A stretch of 64,000 bases of DNA from Massalongia carnosa (lineage: Eukaryota): contig OZ287083.1 in the NCBI GenBank assembly GCA_965645245.1, forward strand, positions 1,550,001 to 1,614,000, in the 5' to 3' direction. Shown piece by piece: positions 1 through 11,604 of this stretch. The translations under genes were made by a program, and so were the position numbers. Numbering within the stretch: the first letter of the stretch is position 1; every line of letters begins with the position of its first letter. The notes beneath the pieces are model-generated. The model worked only from the letters and a program-made list of their open reading frames with translations. It made no database searches and had not been told where the DNA came from.

Positions 1-384
1 TCTGCTGGCAGTATGACGACGACTTTGTCCGCGAGGTTCTCTCACTCTGCCTCCTCGATCGCAAATCAACCAAGCTTTGCGCGTATTTCCATCCTTATTC
101 TTCTTCGTACGAGCGAGAACAATTGCATAACCGCGCGGGCCAGCATGCTCATTGACTCGTTGAATCAAGTCTTCCAAAGACTCAAAGGATTGTCCTTCTT
201 CCGGAGCAGTAAGAGGTGCTGAAGCTGACGAAGGGGGAGAAGCTGGCGGGGGGGGAGAAGCTGGCGGAGGGGGAGAAGCTGGCGGAGGGGAGGCAGATGC
301 GACTCTTTCGAGGATGATGAGATTGGGAGAGGAAGAATTGGATTCGGTATCAGAACCATTGAACGTGTCATCGGAAGATGACAT
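1..384 (-). CDS. MULE transposase N-terminus (FAR1/WRKY-GCM1-like DNA-binding region), partial
   Basis: Manual translation: MSSSDDTF...ASPPPASPPPASPPP...FESLEDLIQRVNEHAGPRGYAIVLARTKKNKDGNTRKAWLICDRGGRVREPRGQSRRHTASR. It is absent from the ORF track because there is no stop in the window. Confidence 0.75.
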   Translation of the reverse strand, partial: MSSSDDTFNGSDTESNSSSPNLIILERVASASPPPASPPPPASPPPPASPPSSASAPLTAPEEGQSFESLEDLIQRVNEHAGPRGYAIVLARTKKNKDGNTRKAWLICDRGGRVREPRGQSRRHTASR

Positions 385-650
385 TCTGCAGGAGTAAGAA
401 GAAGGTTGCGGCGAAATTCCAAGATGCGACGAAATTTTGCGAAAGATGCAGCGAAATTTCAGGTGCGGCAAAATTTCGCGCCGCTTACCCTAATTGGGAA
501 AGGGAAGGGGGCGGAAACTTTCCCTTTTGCGGTTACTTTTTCGGGGGTGTGAATGTATCCAAGTAGGGTGTGAAGGTAGCAAAGTAGGGTGTTAAGGTAG
601 CTAATAGGGTGTGCCCGTATCCGCACCCTATTTTAATAGCGCAATACGCC
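1..650 (-). mobile_element. Mutator-like (MULE) DNA transposon, partial: one end plus transposase 5' part; the rest lies left of the window
   Basis: A minus-strand ORF from ATG at 384 runs off the window. Subterminal ~21-bp repeats (AAGTAGGGTGTGAAGGTAGC-like) lie at 541-620. Putative terminus GGCGTATTGCGC.. at 650; the partner TIR and TSD are not visible. Confidence 0.65.
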
Positions 651-867
651 TTTGATAAAAGAACATCCCCCTTTTGTTATTGCCGCGATCCGCCTGAAAA
701 GACAGTCACTCGAGCGCATCAAAAGGCTGTCGCGTTCACTCCATCGACCGTTAGAAAAACGAAAAATCCCCATTTAACCCGGTCCCCTTCAGTCCTCAAC
801 TAATAGTAAACTCTTCTTCTCACGATACTCAATCCGAGGTCAATCACAAAGAAAAAGACAGCTCATC

Positions 868-1785
868 ATGCGCCTTGCCGCCTCGCTCCTTCTCGCGCTC
901 CCAGCCCTCGCCATCGCCCAGCAGCAATTCCCCTTCCTCGCCCCTGTCCAAGGCTGGCTCGAGAAAGTGAAATCCTTCCTCCCCTCCGCCGCCACCATCC
1001 CAACGACCGCCACTACCAACAAAGCCGCCAAAGCCGCCGCAGCCCTAAGCATCACCCCTCTCACCCTCGAGAACTGGCGCTCCGTACTCGCTCCCTCGAC
1101 CACCTCCTCAGCAGGTTCAGGCCCAGAAACATGGATGGTGCTCGTGTCGGGCGGGAACAAGACCTGCCAAGGCCGCTGCACCGCTCTCGACACTGAATGG
1201 AACAAAACCGCCGCCCTACTCGCCACGGACCCCACCTCCCCCAAGCTCGGCTACATAAACTGCGACGCCAGCCCTGTGCTCTGCGGAGTCTGGTACGCCA
1301 ACCCACCCTCCCTTTGGTACATCCAGCTCCCTATCGCCGCGGACGAACAATCCCGCGCCGCCACCACGGTGCGCGTGCTCCCGCTCAATGCCACCAGCAC
1401 TTCCGCTCGCGAGCTCGCGCGCGTGCACTCACGCAAGACCTACGCCGCGGTGGAGCCTTACGAGGGCGTGTTCCATCCGTTCGACGGGCTGCTAGCAAGG
1501 TTCGGCTTGGCGCTCCCGATCGGATACGTCCTGTACGGGGTTTCGCTGGTGCCGAGTTGGGTCTTCATGATCGGAGTCAGTTTCCTCAGCCGAAATATCA
1601 TGTAAGAGTCTCCTTTCCCCCCTTTCGCTGTGGATCTGTCAATTAGTCTTTACGAACCCGATTTGCTAACCGGGGCTTTCCTGTTACGCAGAAGCCGTCG
1701 CACTGGGGGGAACGCAGATGCGCAGCGACTAAGACAGGCACAGCGTCAGGCGCCAATGGGAGGAGCCCCGCCCGCAAACGAGTGA
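868..1785 (+). CDS. Signal-peptide, thioredoxin-like fold membrane protein (conserved fungal family)
   Basis: Signal peptide; LTLENWR..WMVLVSGGNKTCQGRC..W..A..LGYINCD..LC..W thioredoxin-like pattern; C-terminal hydrophobic helix. Intron 1602-1691; stop TGA 1783-1785. Confidence 0.75.
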
Positions 1786-2616
1786 TTTCCGTACCGCACC
1801 GCACCGCGCTTTTCTTCTTTGCCCCGCTATTTCTCCTCATCTAATCTCTTCCTACGAATTTCTGTACGAAAGAGCTAGCCGTGGGCATTTCTGGTGGGCC
1901 GAATTTCATCTTTGGACAACCGGCGGCATTTCTTTTCATCCATTGTATTTCATCTCCCACGGCTAGAATCTATACATGGTGGTTCGAGGGGCTGGCTATG
2001 CGACTTCCTTAGCCTGGCCTTCATGATCGGGTTTAACTAGGTACAAAGATTCAAACACCTTTTCTACTTCTTCTTCTCTCTTTCTCTCAAGCAACCGAAA
2101 ACCACGATGAAGGTTCCCCTCCCGTACATGCGTGCTCTATACCACATGATTGACCATCCCTACTTACCTACCTACCTAGTTACTTAGTTCCCTCCCCCCC
2201 CATCTACCAACCCAGCGAACCAAAAAAAAGCCCCTGCTCGGCAAAGATGGTGCCCCCCCCCTCCCCTAGCCCCACGTTGTGCACAGCCAACCAGCTAGTG
2301 TAGCTAGCTTGTGGTGCGTGGATGGGTGGGTAGGGAGGGAGTTTGGTTTCTATAGAAAATGGGGTTGTGGGGGGGGGGGGGAGGGGAAGGGAGGCTGAGG
2401 CTGGTTGTTGCGGGGGAAAGCACGATGGAGAGACGAACGTATGTACACATTTACCTGAAGGTAGGTATGTATGCTTTTCGTTATGTAATTCCGTGTTTGC
2501 TTTTTCATATGGGAGGATGTGCCCATCCGATAAACCCTTAACATCGGTGCTCAACGATAGAATACCTGCTCTATCTACATGACCCGACAACCCGAATCTC
2601 CCCCCCCTCCCCCTTT

Positions 2617-3628
2617 CTAAATACTACCCACAAGCCTATCTCCCAACGCCCTCACGCTCTCCCCGAACTCGGCGTACGACTTCGCCCTCCACGCGGCCCC
2701 GCGCGGGCCCGGGACCGCCTTGTCGCCCGTGAAGGCGAGATACAGCACGTCGGCCGCGTCGTGGCCGTTGTTGGCCGTCATGCTTTTTCCGAAGCAAGCG
2801 GTAGCCAGAGAGATGGAGGCTTCGCCGACAACGGAGCAGGTGCCGTCGGCGCCGTTGGTGTCGCCCCAGATGCCGTAGATCTATGGGTTTTTGAGGCCGA
2901 GGGGCAGGGGGGTTAGTGGTTTGTGGTTCTTTTCAGGGCAGGGGTTGGTTGGTGGGGTTTTGGGTTTGGGGTTTGACGCAATTTCGGGGGGAAATGGGAG
3001 AGGACGTACGAGTTTCTCGCCGCAGACCACGGCCATGAGACTTAATGGCTTGATGCCGTATTTCTGCGGGTCGAACTTCACAAACCCTGGTTTGTTATTT
3101 TCGTTGTCGTTGCCAAACACCACGTATGGGTGAATGAAGGGATTCAGCTCCTTGATTCCAACGTGGTACTTGCGGATGGTATCGCCGAACGCGGTGGTGG
3201 TTTGGCGGTCTCCGAGCGGGTCGCAGCGGCTGTCGTTGCTGGGGCCTTTGGTGCTGCCGTCGCAATCGATGTCCATGTCTGCAAGCTTGCCTTTGGTGCC
3301 TTGGATGTAGATGATTCCCAAGTCTTTGAGGTGATCGCCGCAGTAGGAGAATGCTGTGGAATGTTAGATTTGAGTATGTATGGGTGGGAAGTAATTGCGT
3401 TGGTTGGTGGTGATTTTGGTAACCAAAGACGGGATGATAAGAGGGCATACTCTTGGGTCCACCCTCGGCGGCGGCCAATCCTCCTTGGAGGACGTTCTTG
3501 CATTTTCCACCTTGCTTCAGAGCGTTGTACAAGTTCTTGACGTTCTGGGGAACATTCCCTGCTAGAACTCCATGGAGCGAGCTAATTGCAATGGCGGCCA
3601 GGATGAAAGATTGAGATGAAGTGCGCAT
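2617..3628 (-). CDS. csn: Secreted GH75 chitosanase
   Basis: Signal peptide; motifs DMDIDCDG, HPYVVFGN, PLSLMAVVC, YGIWGDTN, GEASISLA, HD..DVLYLAFTG. Introns 3354-3450 and 2881-3009. Confidence 0.9.
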
Positions 3629-4351
3629 CTTAAGGAGCGATTGGTGTAAGGAAAGTATAATATAGAGAATGTTATATATTTACAACAAGGATGAAAGAAT
3701 GCCTTTGCAATAAAAAACAAAAGGACCGCTATATGAGAAAAGGAAGAGATCTTTATATAAAAGCCATTTACCCCGTTTGTCAAAGCCTTCTTCTTCGATG
3801 CATCCACCGCAGACACTCTGAAATCAGCATATTAAAACCGCCGCGTCTTGAGCATACCTTGTCATCAAATCCTTACAATCTCCCATTGAGGCCTGTGTAT
3901 GTGTAGGCCCAGTCGGAAGCTAGACCGTAGGACTGTGAGGCAGGTCCGACAGGGGCAGCACGCATTGGCTGTCGTTAAGCAGTTTCAGGGGTTGACTGGG
4001 GGCGATGATATGTGTATGCCCCCTCCAAACGTTTTGGGTCCTTGTCAAAGGTCGAGGACCCTGACATATTCTCCCACCCGCCCATCGTTTCCATTCGTCT
4101 GACAAGTAAATAAGATGCAAGAACGAAGCACGTTCGGCTAAGGTTCTGCTGACAGGCATCGAAACTAGCTGACAAAGCAACTTGCATCTACCTCAGCAAG
4201 GAAGGTCGGTGCCGGTGGCACATCTATATGGTGTCAAGAATTGCAACGGAAAAAGCAACCGACGAGATGGAAATGAAGTCGTTGGGAACTGTGAACGAGG
4301 TGGAGATGTGGAATAGGAAGAAGCGATGTTGAGAAGAATCAACCTCTCCTT

Positions 4352-4408
4352 CCACCACCACCACCACCACCACCACCACCACCACCACCACCACCACCAC
4401 CACCACCA
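4352..4408 (+). repeat. (CCA)19 microsatellite abutting the start codon of the HAUS4-like gene
   Basis: Perfect CCA repeat whose last A is the A of the ATG at 4408. Confidence 0.95.
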
Positions 4409-5670
4409 TGCTCCCCCCAATCGACCCATCGACTCTTCAATCCAACCCTCTCTTCGCCACCCTCTACAAGCGCCTCATAACCTCCATTCTCAACGTTGAT
4501 GGATCCGTAAAAATCTCCGCCGAGGAGGCACGCTCGCAGGCCAGACTTGACGAGGTGCTCAACTCCTTCAATTCACCCTCTTTCCCGTCAGAAAATAACC
4601 ATCAGACTCTAACAAAACGAAGGACCTGATCACTGCCCAAACCGCCGCCGCCAAGATCTCGATTCTCCGCTCTTTGCTCCACCAACTCCTAACCCCCGAC
4701 CTTTCACCTGAGGTACATACTTTTACCACCCTTCCCGTCTTCAAATGTTCCTGCTAAACCCTCTCCCTACCAAACAGCTTCAAGACCTAATAACCCTTCT
4801 CTCCCATCCGACCACCCATCCCCTCCACCCCGCCTCTCTCCTCCCAACCAACCCCTTCCTCCTCGCCCCTCTTCTAAGCGCCCCCATTTCCTCCCTCCAC
4901 GCTCATCTCTCCCTTATCGCCGACCCGGAATCCGACCCTCCGCCCCCTCTCACTGCGGCTTATATCTCCACCCGCCGCGCCTCACTCGCTGCCGCCCAGC
5001 GCGAGCTCGACAGAAAGCGTCTCGCACTCGCGGATGTGGCCGGAGGGGTGTTGGAGGTGAGGCGCAAGGTCGACGAGGAGGCGGTGACGGCACTGGAGGG
5101 GGTCAAGTTCGGGACTGTAGCGAGGGGCATGAGTGCTGAGGTGGGGTATTTGGCTGTTGTGGCGGAAGGGATGGCGGAGAAGTTAAGGTGGGTGGATCTT
5201 CCGTTTACATCCCCCCGCACATATTTACGCCCTGGTGGTCTGGATATTCGAACAAAATCAACTCCCTCCATCCCCCCACACACCTTCCCCCTTCAACCCT
5301 TCTCCCCCTAAACAAAATTAACCGCCTCCCATCTCTCTTCGGCACGCACAGAGTTACAACCCTCGAACTCCTCCAGACAATCTACACCCCCGAACTCGTC
5401 GCCGCCATCACATCCTACAACACCCACCTCGCCGTTATCCGCGCGCACTGGACCGCCCGCGCCGCCACCGCCGCCCGGAAGCTGGAGGAATACGAGCACG
5501 CCGCACCGCCTGCGGAGGAGGAGCAGGCACGAAGGAAAGGGGGAGGAGGGAAGAAGGGACGAGGAAAGGAGGGGGTTGGGATGCAAGCGATAGCTCGGCA
5601 GTACGCTGACTTGATCGCGGAGGCGGAGAGCCTGAAGGCGCAGATCCGGCGGTTGGGAGGGGAGGTTTGA
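4408..5670 (+). CDS. Coiled-coil protein, HAUS4/augmin subunit 4-like
   Basis: Four exons (4408-4554, 4623-4712, 4778-5187, 5352-5670). N-terminal PP.D...LQSNP.FA.L and C-terminal LELLQTIYTPE..AA...LEEYE..IARQY..L resemble the HAUS4 family as recalled. Confidence 0.6.
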
Positions 5671-5853
5671 TGGAGCGTCGGTTCCCTGGAGTAGAAGATC
5701 CGAAGAATAGGTACATAGTTTCGGCGTTGTGAGCCCTCGCATGCATGCATCCCTTTTACTTTCCAGATGCCTCGTCAACCATGCGAAATCAATTACCCTT
5801 CAGAACCCCCTCCGCTCCAAACCGCAGCCTCCCCCCCCCGGGGGCTTCACCCA

Positions 5854-6691
5854 TCAAAGCAACTTCAACCCGCCCGTAACCCCATCCACCACCCCCGCCG
5901 GCCCCGGCCCCACCCCCAACACCGTCACACTCCCCCCAACCACCTGCGTCCTTCCCGCATCCCTCACCACCCTTGCGCACAGCCCCACCCGCCGCGCCTC
6001 CGCCCGCAGCGCCATCAACTCCGCCTCCGAACGCACCTGCACCGCGATCTTCGCCTGTCCGCCCGCCTCCCAACGCCGGAGCAGGAGCCGCAGCCGTGGC
6101 CGGGAGGCGAGTGCGCAGTAGTTTCCGAGAGTCCCGTGAGAAGCTTGGGCTGCGATCTTGCCTGTTTGGTTTTATTTTAGAAGGGGAAGGGGTGTTAGGT
6201 TGTGTTTTTTTTTGGTGCGGGGGATTATGGAATTACGTACCTTTCTGCATCCCCAAGTCCGTGCGAACGACCAGGACCAGTTTATGCTCGTCGTTGTTGC
6301 CTTTGAAGGATTTCACTGCTGCCATTTCCTCGTCTTCGTCTTCGTCTTCGTCTTTGTCCTCTTCATCGTCATCGCTACTGCTGCTGCTACTACTACTATT
6401 CCCGCTACCGCCACCATCACGAACCCCCTTCACCACCACCTCCCCATCTTCTTCATCATCATCATCGGAAGCATCCGGATGGATCGTGACATCGTAGCTA
6501 TTCGGCCAGCTCCGTCGCGGGGTGCGGGCGCGCTTTCTGGTCGATGGGAAGGCGGACGCGGAGGAGCGGAAGAGTCCTAGGCTGGAGCCTTGGCCGATGA
6601 AGTATCCGGTTATCCCGGCTAGGAGGGCGGTTGCGAGAGCTATGGAGGTGGTGGAAGGGGTTGGGGGGGTGGTGGTGGAGGAGTCGGTCAT
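5854..6691 (-). CDS. PTH2: Peptidyl-tRNA hydrolase 2 (Pth2/Bit1)
   Basis: N-terminal TM anchor; KLVLVVRTDLGMQKG^KIAAQASH, W..GGQAKIAVQ, DAGRTQV..GS.TVLGVGP..VD.VTG.LKLL. Intron 6162-6240. Confidence 0.93.
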
Positions 6692-6906
6692 GTTGTTGTT
6701 TTTTTGGGGGGGGGGTTTTGTGGGGGACTTCTAAACCTCAGACGTTTTTTAAATTTCATACCACATAGCTCCCGCTGCATAATTAGTCAGCCCCCTAACC
6801 TCGTAAGGGCTAAACTAAATATTGATGTAAACATGGGACGCGTCTCCCCTATCTCACCGTCTTCAATAATCATACCTCGCTGTCTCCAACTTTGAAGTTA
6901 TTCAAC

Positions 6907-9152
6907 ATGTCTTCATATTTCGATGCCACCAAACCCGAAAGCGACCTTGACAGTCAAGACGCCGTCAATCAAGACGTCAACAGTCAACTGACTGTCGCCC
7001 GAGGACCAGCTTCCTCCGCTCCGCTTCCGCTTTCCACCTTGTTGTCTCTTCCACCCAATCTGTTATTGATTCGTCAGCAAGCATTTCAGCTGCATGCAGA
7101 GTTGATTTGGACGGCGGATGAATATGCACAATTCTGGCCGTTTGTGGACAACATCTGGGTGCATAATCATACAGGGGCGATGACGAAGAAACGGATTCAA
7201 AAATCCTATTGGTACTGTAGGCTATGGAAAAATGACGTCGAAAAAAAATCCGAGGGACATGGAATTCGAGCTAAACGTCTAAGAATAACTTCTTCCTGCA
7301 GCAAAAAATTAGCTATGTTGAAATCATTTGATGATGCAGATAATCTGCTAACGGTGAGGTTATATGCATATGCAGAAAAAAAGCTTGATCAGCAGGAGCA
7401 CAATCATACTTTGGAATATTTAGATGGTATCAAAATCAACTCCGCAATAAAACTCACTGCAGGCAAAGAGGTGGCAAAAGGATACACCCCGGCCGTCGTC
7501 AATCGAAATATGCAAGGCATCAAATGGTTGGGAAATTCTGAAACATTGAAAGACGCAGGGGGCTCGCATTTTAACCTCAAGGCCGTTCACAATGCTAGCA
7601 TTGATTTCAAAAGAGCGCATCCTGATGCACGAGTATTGGGGGCTAAAGAGGCCTGGGTTGATCAATTGAAGGATTGTTTTGATGCTTTGCAAGTATTGGG
7701 CGAAGACGTTTTAGCTGCAAAGCTTGAAATAAGTCGTGCAGTTGATGGAGAAAAATCATACGCTATAGCATTTGCAAAAAGGTCCAGATTGAAAATTTTG
7801 ATGAAACGTGGTCATTTGACTTTGATGGATAGCACTCATAATACTAATCATCTGAAATGGAAATTATTTACCCTGATGATTCGCGACGAATATGGAAGCT
7901 GGATTCCTGGAGCTCATATGCTAGCTAGCAACGAAGACGGTGATATCATAGGAGAATTTCTTCGTCAAATCAAACAATGGTCTAGGGCATGGAGACTTCG
8001 TTACATCCTCACCGATGATTCTGCAGCCGAGCAACGAGGCGTCAGCCTTGCCTTTCAAGGCCTGATAGCAGGGGAGATGGAGGTTTCACATTTTCTTTGT
8101 CGCACCCATTCAGAGCGTACGTTGAATCGAAAAGTTAGTGGTGCCAGATGTCAAAATGCCAGAAAGCATCTATATGATGCTCTATATTTCAGGAAAACCG
8201 AGCTCGGATGCGATGACAGTATCAAAAAAGCTTTAAAAGCAGCCCCTGAAGAAAAACGTCAATATATAGAACGAGAATGGATGTTGACTAAGTCTCAATG
8301 GGCTAATTATGCCCGTCAGCATTCATGCTTATTGATGCAATGCATGACCACTAATCCGGTTGAATCTTGGCATGTATCCATCAAAAAGCATGCAGATGGT
8401 AAGATCGTCATATTTTTGAAGCTTCATTTGCCACATTAATTAGTATAATAGGTAAAGCGGATTTCATGACTTTTTCGTTGACGGGGGCTGCAAATCATGT
8501 GATTCGCGTAGGGAGATCAATGGGAAAATAGAGCTCGCGCTGAAAAAGCTAGCTTTCGTACTACTAGCACGGCCGAATGCCAGGAATGCCCTCATCTACG
8601 AAAATTTCCCTTTCCAGTGCAAAAGCTTATAGTTGATCAATGGAAGCTAGCTGCTAAAAGCCTAGCAGACGGCGAAGCACCGGCAGGTGAAATGCCAGAT
8701 GAGCTGACATGTCCTGTAGATTGTTTATTTTATCGACAATATCAACTTCCATGCAGGCATCTATGGCATTATCACATCGTTTCCGAGACGTTTCAGGAGT
8801 CCGATTGGTTGGCTTGGGCCGAGATGTTGAAGATAGCGGCTTTGAAGTGTATGAAACGTCGGCTAGACTGAATATTGAACGTCACGAAGATATCGAGGAA
8901 CCTGATCGTCATATGCTGCAGATGAGGGAGGTTTTAGACACTATAAAAGAGAAATTCTACGAAGTTATGGAGCACACCGCTGATTGGACAGCTGAGGAAA
9001 GAAATCCTCAAATAAAGAGATGGCTTGGCTGGCTGGAGAAATTGACTGGCCCAATCAGAAGACAGGGGGTGGAGGAGGCCTTGCAAGAGCTGAAAGATGA
9101 GGCGGCGACGGGGGGGTTTTGGAAGCGGCGACGAGATGAAAATGATGACTAA
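6907..9152 (+). CDS. MULE DDE transposase with SWIM zinc finger; two 1-bp frameshifts
   Basis: LMDSTHNTN (D), LTDDSAAE (D), CRTH (CxxH), TTNPVESWH (E), SWIM C..C..LPCRH. Intron 8399-8451; frameshifts at ~8512 and ~8828. Confidence 0.85.
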
Positions 9153-9360
9153 GGGGGGGGTTTTCTATGTTGCGCCGGGGGGAATTTTCTATGTTGGCAC
9201 CGGGGGTAATTTTTCTATGTTGGCGCCGGAGGAAATTTTATATGCTGGCACCGGGGGGGGGGTTTTCTCATCTAAGCAGCGAGAAATTTACTATACTTAT
9301 GTGGGATTGAATAGTGTATGTTCATTGAACATAAGCCAAGTTCATTGAATATAAGCCAGG
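9153..9360 (+). repeat. MULE subterminal tandem repeats
   Basis: About 4 copies of a ~27-bp unit GGGGGAATTTTCTATGTTGGCACC (9153-9268) and 2 copies of TTCATTGAAYATAAGCCARG (9321-9360). Confidence 0.8.
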
Positions 9361-9440
9361 TGATGTAAGTAAGCAAATGGGGCTGACTAATGGTGCTGCG
9401 GGAGCTACGTGGTATGAAAAATAGAAAACGTCTGAGGTAT

Positions 9441-11604
9441 CCCTCTCGCTGTCATTCTAGCACCCCCCTCCCAAGCTAATCTATATTGGACTAGCTTCCG
9501 CACCGATGAGTCATCAGAACATTAGTTTTCTCTAGAGTGTTTGCGCGTTTGTTTACTTTTCAAAGAATACTATTCGGTCATTCAATCAAAATAAATCACA
9601 TAAATTACTATTCTTCTAGCTTCGGAATTGATATTATAAGTATGACGCTCAATGAAGAAGAAATCCCGAGTGTATCAGACAAATCTCCCATTTCAGCGAA
9701 GCAACATAAAATAAATCGCAAAAGAAGTGTTCGGGATATTTTAATCGACCTTCCCCCTATTTCCTCAAAATATACCCCCATTCGGGTTGAAAACAGGCCT
9801 TTTGTTCCGCTCGTTGAAAACGATTCTCGAAATCCTTTGGGATTATTCGGTTATTTATAACAAGGCAGCATTGTCGTATCATCGCAAATCATACCAATAT
9901 CAAGGCAAATAACTACATGGAAAAGGAGAAGGAGAACAATCATCGGGTTTGGACTGACACTACTGACTCGGAAATTGAGGTTTTTTTGGGCATATTAATT
10001 CTTATGGGACTCGATCATCTACCTGCTACAGAGGATTATTGGAATCAACGTCCTGACAAACCAGTTATCATGCCTATTCTGTCCGCGATGTCGCTTGGTC
10101 GATTTCAACAAATCAAACGATTTTTGAAAATCAATAATGGACAGACTGAGCCTATCGGACTTGGTCAAGGACCTGATTGGTGGAAGAAACTGGAACCGTT
10201 GGCTACTGATTTCCGAAAGACTTCATTGAAACATTGCAGACCAGGAAGTATGATATCTATAGATGAACAGCTGGTGTTATTCAAGGGCCGTTCTCGACAT
10301 ACCTTGCAGATTACTACAAAAAGTGCCCATAAAGGATTTAAAATCTACAGTCTCTGTCAGGATAATTATCTGTTGTCATTTATGTTTGCCTCGAAGAGTA
10401 GCAGAATAAGTGAATTGAAAACAGTCAGACAATTGGGATTTTTGCCAAAAGATAAACTAACTCCTAGTGCTTTGCTAGTGATTCAGTTATGTAAAGAACT
10501 TCCATCCTCACTGAATTATCATCTTTTCTGTGATAATTTCTTTACTAGTACGAAATTATTCAAGGCACTTCGATCAATCGGAATAGCTGCCAGTGGAACT
10601 GCTAAAAAGGGCTCGGGCTTTCCAGAAGAATTGTTGGCCATACGGGACGTCACTTCAAAAGGAAAAGACTGGGGTCTTCAGGCCCATATGGTGGTCGACG
10701 ATAAGGTGCTTTGTATGGGCTGGGTGGATAATAATGGTGTGCAGTACATGACCACCGGTCATTCTCCTCAGGACTTGTACGAAATGCACTATATAAATCC
10801 GCACAAGAGATATGGAATTCCCGAGACCTCTCTTCAACCTATTGTATCGTATTTCCCATCAACTCTGGCTCACTCCATTCCCTTGCTCAATCAAGAGGTT
10901 CAACGGCCCTTAGGATTACCGATACCAGCCCCAATCAAAGAATATAATCTTCATATGGGGGGATCGGATGGAAACGCTCAGCAACGAGCGATTTACTCAT
11001 ACAATCGTCGAACGGATCGTTACTGGTGGCCTTTGTTCATTTTTATTTTAGATGCAGCCGGATTGAATGCCTATAAACTTTACTCGCTGAACTCTTTCGA
11101 TTCCGAGGAGATAAAATTTACTCGTTCTGAATTTCTTCGTCGGATTGCTCTTGAACTGATATCAAATCAAGCGGGCATCAGGCCCGGCTCATCAAAGATA
11201 AGCATCAATACCACGATTGATGCTTTAGTACCATCTCCCATTCATCATTACGTTCGTCTTGAAGGCAGAAAAAGATGTGTGCAATGTAACGCCGAGAAAA
11301 AACGACCTTCAAAGCGGAAGGGAGAGCCACTGGCTGAAATAAGTGTCGATGGGCGTAAAGAAGGCGAAGGGGTGCTCAGACTATATGGGCTTGTGGAGGA
11401 TGTAATCCAATCAGGCCCTGCTGTAAGAAAGCCAGCTGTTGGGAAGCTATTCATATGATAGGGGACGAGTAAATAGGTATCTGATACTCCGTACAACTTC
11501 TTGTGAATAGGAATAACATTGATTGGTCAAAAGTTTAAGGTTTAGCGCTTTCTAACCAACAATGGTTTAGCTTGGGGGGGGGTGCTAGAATGACAGCGAG
11601 AGGG
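9441..11604 (+). mobile_element. piggyBac-like DNA transposon nested in the MULE right TIR
   Basis: TIRs CCCTCTCGCTGTCATTCTAGCACCCCCC / GGGGGGTGCTAGAATGACAGCGAGAGGG. Flanked by AT on both sides rather than TTAA. Confidence 0.9.
9642..11472 (+). CDS. piggyBac-family (DDE_Tnp_1_7-type) transposase; two 1-bp frameshifts
   Basis: DDD triad in SIDEQ, FCDNFFTS and YNLHMGGSD. C-terminal Cys-rich domain (CVQC...CGGC..CC..C..H) is restored by correcting a frameshift at ~11357. N-terminal frameshift at ~9857. Confidence 0.85.

Noticed and set aside
4193..4429. Poly-Trp and poly-Val ORFs
   Set aside because: Antisense translations of the (CCA)n microsatellite.
541..6793. Composite transposon or Pack-MULE capturing the four genes between the two MULEs
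   Set aside because: The two ends are unrelated in sequence, and the second MULE has its own paired TSD.
9153..9268. CRISPR-like array
   Set aside because: Contiguous tandem repeats without spacers inside a eukaryotic transposon.
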